DNA from: Elusimicrobiota bacterium
GTDB taxonomy: Bacteria > Elusimicrobiota > Elusimicrobia > UBA1565
DNA: 64,000 nt
Assembly (NCBI GenBank): GCA_041660925.1
Contig: JBAZVI010000010.1
Coordinates: 41,519-105,518, forward strand
Reading direction: 5' to 3'
Numbering within the stretch: position 1 is the stretch's first letter; each line of letters starts with the position of its first letter. A program made the position numbers and the translations under genes. The notes below the pieces were generated by a model. That model was not told the DNA's origin and made no database searches. It was given only the letters and a program-made list of their open reading frames with translations. Shown here one piece after another: positions 8,576 to 17,257 of this stretch.

Positions 8576-9289
8576 AGAGGCGGCCCAGGCGAGCGGACCC
8601 CACCAGCCCGGGACGTAGACGACGCTCTCTCCCCGGGAGAGGCCGGAGCGCAGGGCGCGGCAGGCCTCGTCGAGCGGGGTCACGCGCGGCGGGACCTTCA
8701 CCATGCCCCAAGGGCGGATGCGCTCGGAGAGCTCGGTGCGCACGAAGGCGGGGCGCACCTCGGTGACGGTGATGGGGAAGCCGCTCTCCTTGGCGCGTCG
8801 GCGCAGGCCGCGCAGATAGAGCGACATGTAGGTCTTGGAGGCGGCGTAGGCGGGGGCCTCGGGGTCCCCGCGGCCGACGGAGACGGTGGTGAGCGCGGCG
8901 AGGTGGCCGCCCCCGGCCTCGACGAAGCGGCGCCAGGCGAGGTTCGCGGCCGCGGTGAAGCCGAGCACGTTGACCGCGAGTTCCTCGCGCTCGAGCTCCC
9001 AATCGAGCTCGGGGTCGTGCGCGGTATGCCCGGCGGCGATCACGAAGAGCGAGCACCCGCCGAGCCCGTCGAGCAGGGATTCGAGCGCGGCGCGCGCCTC
9101 GTCCGGTCGGGCGAGGTCGAGGACGCAGGGCACGGCACGCGCGCCGTGCGCGGCCCGGAGCTCCTCGAGGCGCTCGCGGCGGCGGGCGCAGACGCCCACG
9201 GTCCAGCCCTCGGCGAGGAGGAGCTCGGAGAGCCCCCGCCCCATGCCGGAGCTCGCGCCGACCACGACCGCGGTGCGTTCGGAAGTCAT
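8564..9289 (-). CDS. short-chain dehydrogenase/reductase (SDR)
   Basis: TAVVVGASSGMGRG (TGxxxGxG) and the YAASK catalytic YxxxK. Its 3' end overlaps the 3' end of the convergent receiver gene by 12 nt. Confidence 0.85.
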   Translation of the reverse strand: MTSERTAVVVGASSGMGRGLSELLLAEGWTVGVCARRRERLEELRAAHGARAVPCVLDLARPDEARAALESLLDGLGGCSLFVIAAGHTAHDPELDWELEREELAVNVLGFTAAANLAWRRFVEAGGGHLAALTTVSVGRGDPEAPAYAASKTYMSLYLRGLRRRAKESGFPITVTEVRPAFVRTELSERIRPWGMVKVPPRVTPLDEACRALRSGLSRGESVVYVPGWWGPLAWAASLLD

Positions 9290-9338
9290 GTAGGGATTGT
9301 AGCAATACGTATCCCTATGCGCGCGCGCGCGCGCGAAA

Positions 9339-9347
9339 TGGCATAAT
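9339..9347 (+). promoter_or_regulatory. candidate extended -10 promoter element for the 10-gene rSAM operon
   Basis: TGgCATAAT lies about 30 nt upstream of ATG 9378. It is preceded by a 17-nt alternating GC tract (9319-9335) and the inverted repeat TAGGGAT/ATCCCTA (9291-9317). Confidence 0.3.
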
Positions 9348-9377
9348 CAACACACGCGGGCCCGCCCCGCCGCCGAG

Positions 9378-10448
9378 ATGACGAGCGTCCATCCCATCCA
9401 TCGCGCCTCCTACGCCCTGCGCCGCGTCTTCCGGCGGTTCTACGGCCACCCCGTCTTCGTCTTCCTCCTGCGCCTCTATTTCCGGCATATCCTCGGGCTT
9501 CTCCGCCTCTTCTCGCCGCTCTTCGGCGCGACCGCGGTCTTCTCGGTGACCTACCGCTGCCAGTGCAGCTGCGTGCACTGCGGCGCGGGCCTCTTCCGCA
9601 AGGACGCGCAGCGCGAGCTGACCCCCGAGGAGGTCCGCGCCTTCATCGACGATCTCGCGCGCCTGGGGGCCTCCGGCATCCACTTCTTCGGCGGAGAGCC
9701 GCTCGTCGCCCCCGGCATCGTCGACTACGTGCGCCACGCGAAGGCGAAGGGGCTCTTCGCCTCGCTCGACTCCAACGGGCTGCGCCTCGACGAGGCGATG
9801 GTCCTCGAGCTCCAGGGCGCCGGCATCGACCTCCTGCGCGTGAGCATCGACAGCCCCGACGCGGCGACGCACGACCGCCTGCGCGGGGTGGCCGGCACCT
9901 TCGAGAAGGCCCTCGAGGCCCTGCGGGCCTGCGTGCGCCACGGCGTGCCCTGCTTCATGTCGCTCTACGCGACCCGCGAGAACCTCGCCGACGGGACCCT
10001 GCGGCGCTCCATCGCGCTGGCGCGCTCCATCGGCGCGCGGGTCCGCATCCTCTCGGCGATCCAGACGGGCAAGTGGATCGGCCGCGAGGGCATCGGACTC
10101 TCCGGGGCGGAGCTCAAGGAGCTGCGCTCGCTGCTCGACCCGGACTGGGTCTGCTGGGAGACCGAGTTCCTCAACAGCGCCGAGGTCCCTTTCTGGTGCA
10201 ACTCGATGATCCGCAACAAGTTCGACGTCTCCGCCTACGGCGACGTGATGGCCTGCTGCTACATGCCGCTGACCTTCGGCAACATCCGCGAGGAGCCGCT
10301 CGAGAAGGTCGTGCACCGGATGTGGCGCTCGGAGCTCTTCGCGAGCCATCAGGAGCACTTCGACTGCCCCATGAACGATCCGCGCTTCATGGAGCGCTAC
10401 GGGGAGAAGCTCCGCGCCGCCGGCGGGTGCGGAGCGCGCGGGGAGTGA
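9378..10448 (+). CDS. radical SAM/SPASM-like protein (CxCxCxxC cluster paralog)
   Basis: Contains VTYRCQCSCVHCG, HFFGGEPLV, DSNGLRL, VSIDSPDAATHDRLRG and FWCNSMIRNKFDVSAYGDVMACCYMP...FDCP. Confidence 0.85.
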   Translation: MTSVHPIHRASYALRRVFRRFYGHPVFVFLLRLYFRHILGLLRLFSPLFGATAVFSVTYRCQCSCVHCGAGLFRKDAQRELTPEEVRAFIDDLARLGASGIHFFGGEPLVAPGIVDYVRHAKAKGLFASLDSNGLRLDEAMVLELQGAGIDLLRVSIDSPDAATHDRLRGVAGTFEKALEALRACVRHGVPCFMSLYATRENLADGTLRRSIALARSIGARVRILSAIQTGKWIGREGIGLSGAELKELRSLLDPDWVCWETEFLNSAEVPFWCNSMIRNKFDVSAYGDVMACCYMPLTFGNIREEPLEKVVHRMWRSELFASHQEHFDCPMNDPRFMERYGEKLRAAGGCGARGE

Positions 10449-10511
10449 AGCGCCCGGCGGCCGTCCCGCCGCGGCGCGTCGTGGCCGTTCCGAAACCCTT
10501 GGGAGGCGCTC

Positions 10512-11537
10512 GTGCGTAGAGACGCCGCCGCTGAGCCGGTCGAGATCGCCCTGGACCTCACGTACCGCTGCAACCAGTCCTGCCGCTTCTGCTTCCTGCC
10601 CGACAACCCCGCGCTCAAGCGCGGCCGGGGGGAGCTGACGCTCCCGCGCTGGAAGGCGCTCGTCGACGCCTTCGCGGGTCGTCCCCGCACCTTCCTTCTG
10701 ACGGGGGGAGAGCCGCTGCTGCGCCGCGACCTGCCCGCCCTCATCGAGTACATCAAGAGCCGCGGGCACCGCGCCGTGCTGAGCACCAACGGCACCCTCC
10801 TCGACGAGAAGACCGCCGTCCGGCTCGTCGAGGCGGGGGTCGACGAGGTCGCGGTCTCCCTGCACGGCGACCGGTCGATCCATGACCATTACACGCGCCG
10901 CAGGGGCTCCTACGACAAGGCCATCGTCGGCCTGCGCTGCATGCTGCGCGCGCGCGCGGGCACCGAGACGCGCGCCGTCGTCCGCTGCACGATCCACCCG
11001 GGCAACCACCGCGTCCTCCACCGCCTCGCCCGCTCGCTCGTCGCGCTCAAGCCCGACGGGATCTCCTTCGGCCACCTCGAGTACTGCACGCGCGGAGCGC
11101 TGACGCTCAGCGCGAAGGCCGTGCGCGACTGCAAGGCGGGGAAGGTCTCCCTGCGCCCTTCGGAGGGCCGCGCCAAGGGCATCGACCCGCGCGTCGTCTG
11201 CGAGCAGGTCGCGCGCATCAGCTCGCTCGGGCGCCGCGACGTCGCCTTCTACCCGGATCTCGACGACTCCGGCATCCTGCGCTGGTACGACCCGAAGCTC
11301 CCCTCCGAGCGCCGCGGCGGCTGTCCGGCGCAGTGGGGCAGCCTGTGGCTGTCTCCCGCCGGAGAGGTGCTCACCTGCCAGCCATTGGCCCTGCCGATGG
11401 GGAGCGGGAAGGGCGCCGCGTGGCGCGCGTCCTGGGAAGGCGCGCGCTACCGCCGCTTCCGCGAGGCCCTGCGCGGCATGGGAGGCTGCCTTCCCATGTG
11501 CGCGCGCTGCGGACGCGAACAAGGGGAGCGCGCGTGA
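10512..11537 (+). CDS. radical SAM/SPASM-domain protein
   Basis: GTG start. Contains LTYRCNQSCRFCF, LLTGGEPLL, STNGTLL, VSLHGDRSIHD and the C-terminal CPAQWGSLWLSPAGEVLTC...CLPMCARCG. Confidence 0.8.
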   Translation: MRRDAAAEPVEIALDLTYRCNQSCRFCFLPDNPALKRGRGELTLPRWKALVDAFAGRPRTFLLTGGEPLLRRDLPALIEYIKSRGHRAVLSTNGTLLDEKTAVRLVEAGVDEVAVSLHGDRSIHDHYTRRRGSYDKAIVGLRCMLRARAGTETRAVVRCTIHPGNHRVLHRLARSLVALKPDGISFGHLEYCTRGALTLSAKAVRDCKAGKVSLRPSEGRAKGIDPRVVCEQVARISSLGRRDVAFYPDLDDSGILRWYDPKLPSERRGGCPAQWGSLWLSPAGEVLTCQPLALPMGSGKGAAWRASWEGARYRRFREALRGMGGCLPMCARCGREQGERA

Positions 11538-12376
11538 ACGCGGAGGCCCCCGCCCGGACCCGGCCGGAGGCCGGGCGCGGGAACGCGGCCTGCGCGCTGA
11601 GCGTCGACGTCGAGGAATGGTGCCAGACGGTGCTCTTCGAGGGCGGGCCGCGCGACGACGGAGCGCGCACCCGCCTGCCGGAGAGCGTCTCCGGGCTCCT
11701 CGCCCTCCTCGAGCGCCGCGGCGTGAAAGCCACCTTCTTCTTCGTCGGCGCGCTCGTCGAGAAGTACCCGGAGACCGTGCTCCTCGTCGCCGCGCGCGGG
11801 CACGAACTCGCCAGCCACGGCTGGCGCCACCGCCTCGTCCACCGCATGGGCGCCGCCGAGTTCGAGGAGGACGTGCGCCGCTCCGTCGAAGCCCTGCGCC
11901 GGGTCTCCGGCGCCGAGGTCGTCGGCTACCGCGCGCCCACCTGGTCGCTGGGCCGGCACAAGGCGCTGGCCGCGGCGCTGCTCCCGCGGCTCGGGCTGCG
12001 CTACGACTCGAGCCTCTACCCTCTCGGCTTCCGGCCCGACGCCGAGCGCTTCCCGCGGACGCTCCCCGGCGGCCTCCTCGAGTTCCCGCCCTCGACCTTC
12101 CGCCTCCTCGGGGCGAACCTCCCTTTCGCCGGCGGGACCTTCCTGCGCTGCGCGCCCACCGGCTTCATCCTCGAGCGTCTGCGCGCCCTGCGCGCCGCCG
12201 GCCGGCCGGTCCACGCCTTCGCGCACAGCTGGGAGCTCGAGGGCCCGGCGCCCGAGGGCCTGCCGGCGTGGAAGCGCTGGGTCCAGTACGGGAACGTCGC
12301 GGGCGTGCGCGGCAAGCTCGAGGCCCTGCTCGAGGCCTTCCCTTTCTCTCCCGTGAGGGAGTGCCTCGGGCTATGA
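11534..12376 (+). CDS. polysaccharide deacetylase family protein (DUF3473/PEP-CTERM-locus type)
   Basis: GTG start with GTGA overlap. LSVDVEEWCQT...GVKATFFFVGALVEKYPE...GHELASHGWRH...GYRAPTW is typical of the NodB-fold deacetylase subfamily found in EPS loci. Confidence 0.75.
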   Translation: MNAEAPARTRPEAGRGNAACALSVDVEEWCQTVLFEGGPRDDGARTRLPESVSGLLALLERRGVKATFFFVGALVEKYPETVLLVAARGHELASHGWRHRLVHRMGAAEFEEDVRRSVEALRRVSGAEVVGYRAPTWSLGRHKALAAALLPRLGLRYDSSLYPLGFRPDAERFPRTLPGGLLEFPPSTFRLLGANLPFAGGTFLRCAPTGFILERLRALRAAGRPVHAFAHSWELEGPAPEGLPAWKRWVQYGNVAGVRGKLEALLEAFPFSPVRECLGL

Positions 12377-13284
12377 GCGCGCGCCGCGTCGACATCAAGG
12401 TCGGCTTCCAGTGCAACAACCTCTGCCACTTCTGCGTGCAGGGAGACAAGCGCGACCGCTTCCCCGACCGGCCCCTGCCGCGCATCCTCGCCGACCTGCG
12501 CCGCGCGCGCCGCGAGGGCATCGACGGGGTCGTGTTCACCGGCGGCGAGCCCACGCTGCACCGCGGGCTCCTCGACGCCGTCGCCGCGGCCCGGACGCTG
12601 GGATTTCGCGGCATCCAGATCCAGACCAACGGACGCAGCGCCGCCTACCCCGACTTCTGCCGGCGCCTCAAGGCCGCGGGCGCGACCGAGTTCTCGCCGG
12701 CGCTGCACGGTCCCGACGCGAAGACGCACGACGGCCTCACGCGCGCCCCCGGCAGCTTCAGGCAGACCGTGCAGGGCATCCGCAACGCCGTCGCCTGCGG
12801 GCTCTCCGTCATCACCAACAGCGTCGTGACCTCGAGCAACTACCGCAAGCTCCCCGCGCTGGCCCGCCTGCTCGTGGGTCTCGGCGTGCGCCAGTACCAG
12901 TTCGCCTTCATCCACATCGTCGGGCGGGCCTGGGAGAACCGGAGCTGGATCGTCCCGCGCAAGAGCGACGCCATGCCCTTCGTCCGCAAGGGGCTCGACG
13001 TCGGCCTGCGCGCCGGGGTCCGCTGCTACACCGAGGCCATCCCCTACTGCCTGATGAAGGGCTATGAGGCGTGCGTCGCCGAACGCATCATCCCCGACGG
13101 CCCCGTCGTGGACGCCGAGGAGACGCTCAAGAGCTTCCGCGCCTATCGGCAGGCGCACGGCAAGGCCAAGCGAGCCGAGTGCCGACGCTGCCGCTGGGAC
13201 CCGGTCTGCGAGGGCCCCTGGAAGGAGTACCCGGAGATCCACGGCTGGGACGAGTTCGTCCCGGTGAGGGGGCGCGCGCGATGA
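12373..13284 (+). CDS. radical SAM protein R1 (CNNxCxFC type)
   Basis: ATGA overlaps on both sides. Contains GFQCNNLCHFCV, VFTGGEPTL, QTNGR and the C-terminal CRRCRWDPVCEGPWKEY. Confidence 0.8.
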   Translation: MSARRVDIKVGFQCNNLCHFCVQGDKRDRFPDRPLPRILADLRRARREGIDGVVFTGGEPTLHRGLLDAVAAARTLGFRGIQIQTNGRSAAYPDFCRRLKAAGATEFSPALHGPDAKTHDGLTRAPGSFRQTVQGIRNAVACGLSVITNSVVTSSNYRKLPALARLLVGLGVRQYQFAFIHIVGRAWENRSWIVPRKSDAMPFVRKGLDVGLRAGVRCYTEAIPYCLMKGYEACVAERIIPDGPVVDAEETLKSFRAYRQAHGKAKRAECRRCRWDPVCEGPWKEYPEIHGWDEFVPVRGRAR

Positions 13285-14210
13285 GCCTGGGACTCCTCTC
13301 GCTGCTCAAGCCCGAGGATCCGCGCTGCTGCGACCTGCTCGGCGTGCTCGCCGGGGTCAAGCCCATGCTCCACGCGAGCGTGCGCGAGGAGGAGGCGCCG
13401 CGCTGGGACGCGCTCTGCCGGCGGCTCTCCCTGCGCCAGGCGCGACCGCTCATGCGCCCGGACCGGGGGACGGCCTTCCAGGACGGCGCGCGCATCGTCT
13501 TCGTCTCCCGCCGGGAGGGCGTCCTCAAGGCGGGCCTGCGCGCCTGGGCGCTGCCCCGCATCCCCGACAGCAACCGCGCGCTCGGGCGCCTGCTCGGCTA
13601 TCCGGAGTGCTGCGTGCGCGCCTATCTGCGCTGGGCGCCGCGGCCGGGGAAGAAGGAGGAGGACCTCGTGCGCGCCCTCGCGGACCGCACCCCGCGGGCC
13701 GACGATCCCCTGCCCTTCCTCCTCAACGACCTCTTCACCTTCGCCTCCACCCCGCTGCGCGCGCAGAGGGGGGAGGACAAGCTCTACGCGCGCCTCGCGC
13801 GCGAGAACCGGGGGGAAGGGACGCTGGAGCGGGGCGTCGTCTCCTGGCACCCCTGCTCCTACCGCTGCGCGCCGAGCCTGCGCTCCGCGCGGGCCGTCTT
13901 CTCGCTCATGAAGCGCTTCTTCCCGGGCGACGCCCGGGCGCTGAGAGCGTTCCTGAGCCGGCCCGTGCTCTACTTCGACCGCTTCGCCTTCGCGGCGCTC
14001 GACGGCGCCCGCTTCTCGCGCGGGGAGCGCGGCGCCCGCGAGGTCCGCTTCTCTTCGGTCGGCGCTCCGCGGGCCCCGCTCCCGGCCGCCCTGCGGCGGC
14101 GCCTGGCCGGCGGGGAGCTTTCCGTCTCCCGCGGCGCCGTGCGCGCGGGAGGCCGCCGGCTGGCCGGGGCCCCGCTGCTGCTCGACTTCTCGGAGGGAAC
14201 GGATGCCTGA
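13281..14210 (+). CDS. five-Cys GYPECC / WHPCxYRC protein P1 (uncharacterised; possibly DUF483-like)
   Basis: Contains CCDLLGVLAGVKPML, LLGYPECCVRAYLRW, PLPFLLNDLF and SWHPCSYRCAPSL. Paralog of 15105..16076 and 17254..18240. Confidence 0.65.
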   Translation: MSLGLLSLLKPEDPRCCDLLGVLAGVKPMLHASVREEEAPRWDALCRRLSLRQARPLMRPDRGTAFQDGARIVFVSRREGVLKAGLRAWALPRIPDSNRALGRLLGYPECCVRAYLRWAPRPGKKEEDLVRALADRTPRADDPLPFLLNDLFTFASTPLRAQRGEDKLYARLARENRGEGTLERGVVSWHPCSYRCAPSLRSARAVFSLMKRFFPGDARALRAFLSRPVLYFDRFAFAALDGARFSRGERGAREVRFSSVGAPRAPLPAALRRRLAGGELSVSRGAVRAGGRRLAGAPLLLDFSEGTDA

Positions 14211-15108
14211 CATCGCCCTCTGGCACCGCTGCAACAACAACTGCGTGATGTGCACGAACCCCGACGAGTTCTTCGAGGCGGCGGGGAAGAGCTACACGCT
14301 GGCGCGCCAGCGCGAGAAGCTCGAGCGCTACCTCTCCGGGGAGTTCGACGTCTACTTCAAGAACACCCGGCTCGACGACTACTTCCTGCTCACGGGCGGG
14401 GAGCCGACGCTGCACCCGCAGGTCCTCGAGCTCATGGCCTTCTTCCGGCGCCGCGCCGGCTCGCGCGAGCTGCGCGTGCTCAGCAACGGCCGGCGCTTCT
14501 GCTACCGCGACTTCACCGCCGAGTTCCTGCGACGCGCGGGACGGCCGCTGCTGACGGCGGTCGCGCTGCACGCGGCGACCGCGCGCGCCCACGACGCGGT
14601 GACCCGGGTGCGCGGGAGCTTCGCGCAGACCGCGGCGGGCCTGCGCAACCTCCTCGAGCTGCGCGGCCGCGGCCAGGAGGTCGAGGTCCGCGTCATCCTG
14701 CACGCGAAGACCCTGGCCGGCCTCCCCGCCCTGCTCCGCTTCCTGCGCCGGGGCTTCGGCGACCCCTCGGCGTACCGGCTCACGCTCATCTACTTCGAGG
14801 TGGAGGGGCAGTCGGAGAAGAACCTCCGGCGCCTCTTCGTCCCGCTCTCCCGCGTCGCGCGCGTCCTCGCGAAGCAGCGGGGCCTCCTGGCCGCCTTCCC
14901 GCGCCTGGAGCTCTACCATTTCCCGCTCTGCGTGCTTGCGGCGGAGCTGCGGCCGAACGCCCGCGTGACCCTGCCGCGCTCCGACCGCGTCTATCCGCCG
15001 GTCTGCCGGCGCTGCCCGGCGAAGAGCCGCTGCTTGGGACTGATGAAGTGGTACGAGGCGCTCCACGGCGACGGGGAGCTTTCCGCCTTGAAGAGAGGAG
15101 AAGCATGA
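14203..15108 (+). CDS. radical SAM protein R2 (CNNxCxxC type)
   Basis: 8-nt overlap upstream and ATGA downstream. Contains WHRCNNNCVMCT, LLTGGEPTL, LSNGRR and the C-terminal CRRCPAKSRCLG. Confidence 0.75.
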   Translation: MPDIALWHRCNNNCVMCTNPDEFFEAAGKSYTLARQREKLERYLSGEFDVYFKNTRLDDYFLLTGGEPTLHPQVLELMAFFRRRAGSRELRVLSNGRRFCYRDFTAEFLRRAGRPLLTAVALHAATARAHDAVTRVRGSFAQTAAGLRNLLELRGRGQEVEVRVILHAKTLAGLPALLRFLRRGFGDPSAYRLTLIYFEVEGQSEKNLRRLFVPLSRVARVLAKQRGLLAAFPRLELYHFPLCVLAAELRPNARVTLPRSDRVYPPVCRRCPAKSRCLGLMKWYEALHGDGELSALKRGEA

Positions 15109-16076
15109 AGAAGGCCCTGCGACTCGCCGCGAAGAAGCTCGAGCTGCGCGACTACGACCCGCACCTCTGCGACCTCATGGGGGTGCTCGCCGGCGTGAAG
15201 CCGGTGCTCTACACCGACATCGTCCCCCGCGACGAGCGCTACATCCAGGACCTCTGCCGCGTCTTCAGCCTCCGCTACCGCCTGCCCGAGCGCGAGAAGG
15301 GCCGGCAGTTCCATGCGCAGCGCAAGACGATGGTGCTCATGGGGCGCCGGGACGAGGACCTCCGCGCCGCCGAGGAGAGCTGGCGCGGGCTCAACGAGCG
15401 CGACGCGAAGGTCTCGGCGAAGGCCAACATCGACTGGGGCGTACTGCTCGGCTACCCCGAGTGCTGCGTGAAGGCCTACCTGCGCTGGCGCACGGGCAGC
15501 GGCTGCGGCCGCCGCGGCGGGCACCTGGTGGGAGCCATCGCGGAGGAGACGCCCCTCGGAGGGCCGCTCCCCTTCCTCCTCAACAACGTCTTCAACTACT
15601 TCTCCCTCATCGGCGCCGGCGCCCGCGACGTCGAGCGCTACCGCCGCTTCATGCGGCTCAACCGCGACAAGGGGCTCGCCGTCTACAACGCGATCTCCTG
15701 GCACCCCTGCCAGTATCGCTGCAAGGAGAGCCTCTACCGGGCCGGCGTCGTCTACGGGCTCATGCGCCACTACTTCCCGGCGTGGGCGGACGCGATGCGC
15801 GAGAAGCTCGCGCGGCCGATGCTCTGTCTGGGCAAGTACGAGTTCGCGGTGTTCTCGACGGCGCGCGCGCGCCGGACCTCCTCCGGCGGCCTCGAGGTCG
15901 AGGTCGGCGAGGTCGCGGAGCCGCGCTCGCTGCTCTCGGCGGCCTTCGCCTCGCGGCTCGTGCGCGCCGGCGGCTTCACCCTGAAGGGCGGCCGGCTGAG
16001 CGTGGCGGGGAAGAAGGTCCCGCTCTCGGAGCCGGCGTACTGGCTGGACTTCCGCGGCCTGCAGGGGGCCGATTGA
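15105..16076 (+). CDS. five-Cys GYPECC / WHPCxYRC protein P2
   Basis: Contains LCDLMGVLAGVKPVLYTD, LLGYPECCVKAYLRW, PLPFLLNNVF and SWHPCQYRCKESL. Closest to P3 by eye. Confidence 0.65.
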   Translation: MKKALRLAAKKLELRDYDPHLCDLMGVLAGVKPVLYTDIVPRDERYIQDLCRVFSLRYRLPEREKGRQFHAQRKTMVLMGRRDEDLRAAEESWRGLNERDAKVSAKANIDWGVLLGYPECCVKAYLRWRTGSGCGRRGGHLVGAIAEETPLGGPLPFLLNNVFNYFSLIGAGARDVERYRRFMRLNRDKGLAVYNAISWHPCQYRCKESLYRAGVVYGLMRHYFPAWADAMREKLARPMLCLGKYEFAVFSTARARRTSSGGLEVEVGEVAEPRSLLSAAFASRLVRAGGFTLKGGRLSVAGKKVPLSEPAYWLDFRGLQGAD

Positions 16077-17257
16077 AGGACGCCGCGCTCGACGCGGGGG
16101 TCCGCGCCGCCGCCGCCGTCCTCTTCCTCCTCTGGGGCTGGCGCGCCGCGCGCGAGGACCTCGCGACCAAGCGCATCCCCAACCGGAGGGTGCTCCAGGG
16201 CTTCGCCCTCTGCGGGGCTCTGCTCGCCTGGGAGCTCGCGCTCACGGGGCTGGGCAACGCCGGGCGCGTCGAGCGCTTCCTCCTCTGGAACTTCTACGGG
16301 GACTTCGCCCGGCACCTCTCGCTCTGCGTGGTCGGCGGGCTCACGCTCTGGGTGGGCGGGGTCTGGCCGGCCGGCGACGCGAAGCTCTTCATGGCCTGCG
16401 CGGCCCTGCTGCCGCTGCTCCGCCCGGACCTGCGCCTCTTCCCGCACTCCCTCTTCCTCGGCATCCTCGTCAACATCTTCATCCCCGCGGCCGTCGTGCT
16501 CTTCACGGCCGGGCTGCGGCACCGGGCGACGGCGCCCTCCGACGGGACCTCGCTGCTCTTCCGCGCGGGGAAGGCCTTCGCCGCATGGCGCGCGGCGGCG
16601 CCGGAGACGCTCAAGCAGGTCCCGGCGTACGCCGTCAACCTCGCCGCCATCTTCCTCGTCCAGGCGCTGCTCTCGGAGGCGATGAGCGGCGGGCTCGCCC
16701 GCGTGCTGCGCCGCCCCACGCTCCTCTATTTCCTCCTCTTCTTCCTCTGGGAGCGCGCCTCCGTCTGGCTGCGCGACCGCCGCGCGGCCCGGGCCTCGCT
16801 CGTCCTGCTCGCCGTCTACCTGCTCTCCGCGTGGCTGCGCGAGCCGCGCCTGCTGGGCGTGCTGGGACTCTCGCTCGTGCGGATGCTCGAGTTCAGCCTC
16901 TTCTTCTTCCTCGGCCGCGTCGTCATCTCCGCCATCCTCGAGGGGCGCGCGACGCGCTGGATCATGCCCGAGGACCTGCGGCCGGGGATGGTGCTCACCC
17001 CGCGTCAGCTCGACATCCTTCGCTCCGACGAGGACTTCTTCGCCGAGCACTTCGAGCCCCTCTTCGTGGAGGGGGTCACCGAGGAGCAGGCCGCGGCGCT
17101 GCGCCAGTGGATGGCGACCCATCCGGTGAAGGACGCGCGCGTCGAGGTCAGCGAGGGGGAGCCCTTCGGGCTCTGGATCGTCGTCGGCTCGGCGCTCACC
17201 CTCCTGCTGGGCGGGGACCTGATCGGGCCGCTGCGGCGGCTGCTGGGGGGCGCGTGA
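16073..17257 (+). CDS. A24-family (prepilin/TadV-CpaA-like) aspartyl peptidase-like polytopic membrane protein with extra C-terminal domain
   Basis: Putative TTG start (TTGA overlap). AAREDLATKRIPN matches the DxxxxRIPN first-Asp motif and WPAGDAKLFMACAALL matches the GDxKL second-Asp motif. There are multiple hydrophobic helices and a roughly 100-aa soluble tail (MPEDLRPGMVLTPRQLDIL...). The start codon is uncertain. Confidence 0.55.
   Translation: MKDAALDAGVRAAAAVLFLLWGWRAAREDLATKRIPNRRVLQGFALCGALLAWELALTGLGNAGRVERFLLWNFYGDFARHLSLCVVGGLTLWVGGVWPAGDAKLFMACAALLPLLRPDLRLFPHSLFLGILVNIFIPAAVVLFTAGLRHRATAPSDGTSLLFRAGKAFAAWRAAAPETLKQVPAYAVNLAAIFLVQALLSEAMSGGLARVLRRPTLLYFLLFFLWERASVWLRDRRAARASLVLLAVYLLSAWLREPRLLGVLGLSLVRMLEFSLFFFLGRVVISAILEGRATRWIMPEDLRPGMVLTPRQLDILRSDEDFFAEHFEPLFVEGVTEEQAAALRQWMATHPVKDARVEVSEGEPFGLWIVVGSALTLLLGGDLIGPLRRLLGGA

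Noticed and set aside
9315-11522. 735-aa minus-strand ORF, with similar long antisense or off-frame ORFs (e.g. 482..1840, 4464..6314, 19299..21746, 21556..23253, 34231..36555, 36594..38120, 13143..14255, 15770..17122).
   Set aside because: The translations are Arg/Ala/Gly/Pro/Glu-rich low-complexity strings with no motifs. Each lies opposite or out of frame to a gene with strong family signatures. These are the typical stop-codon-poor shadow ORFs of GC-rich DNA.
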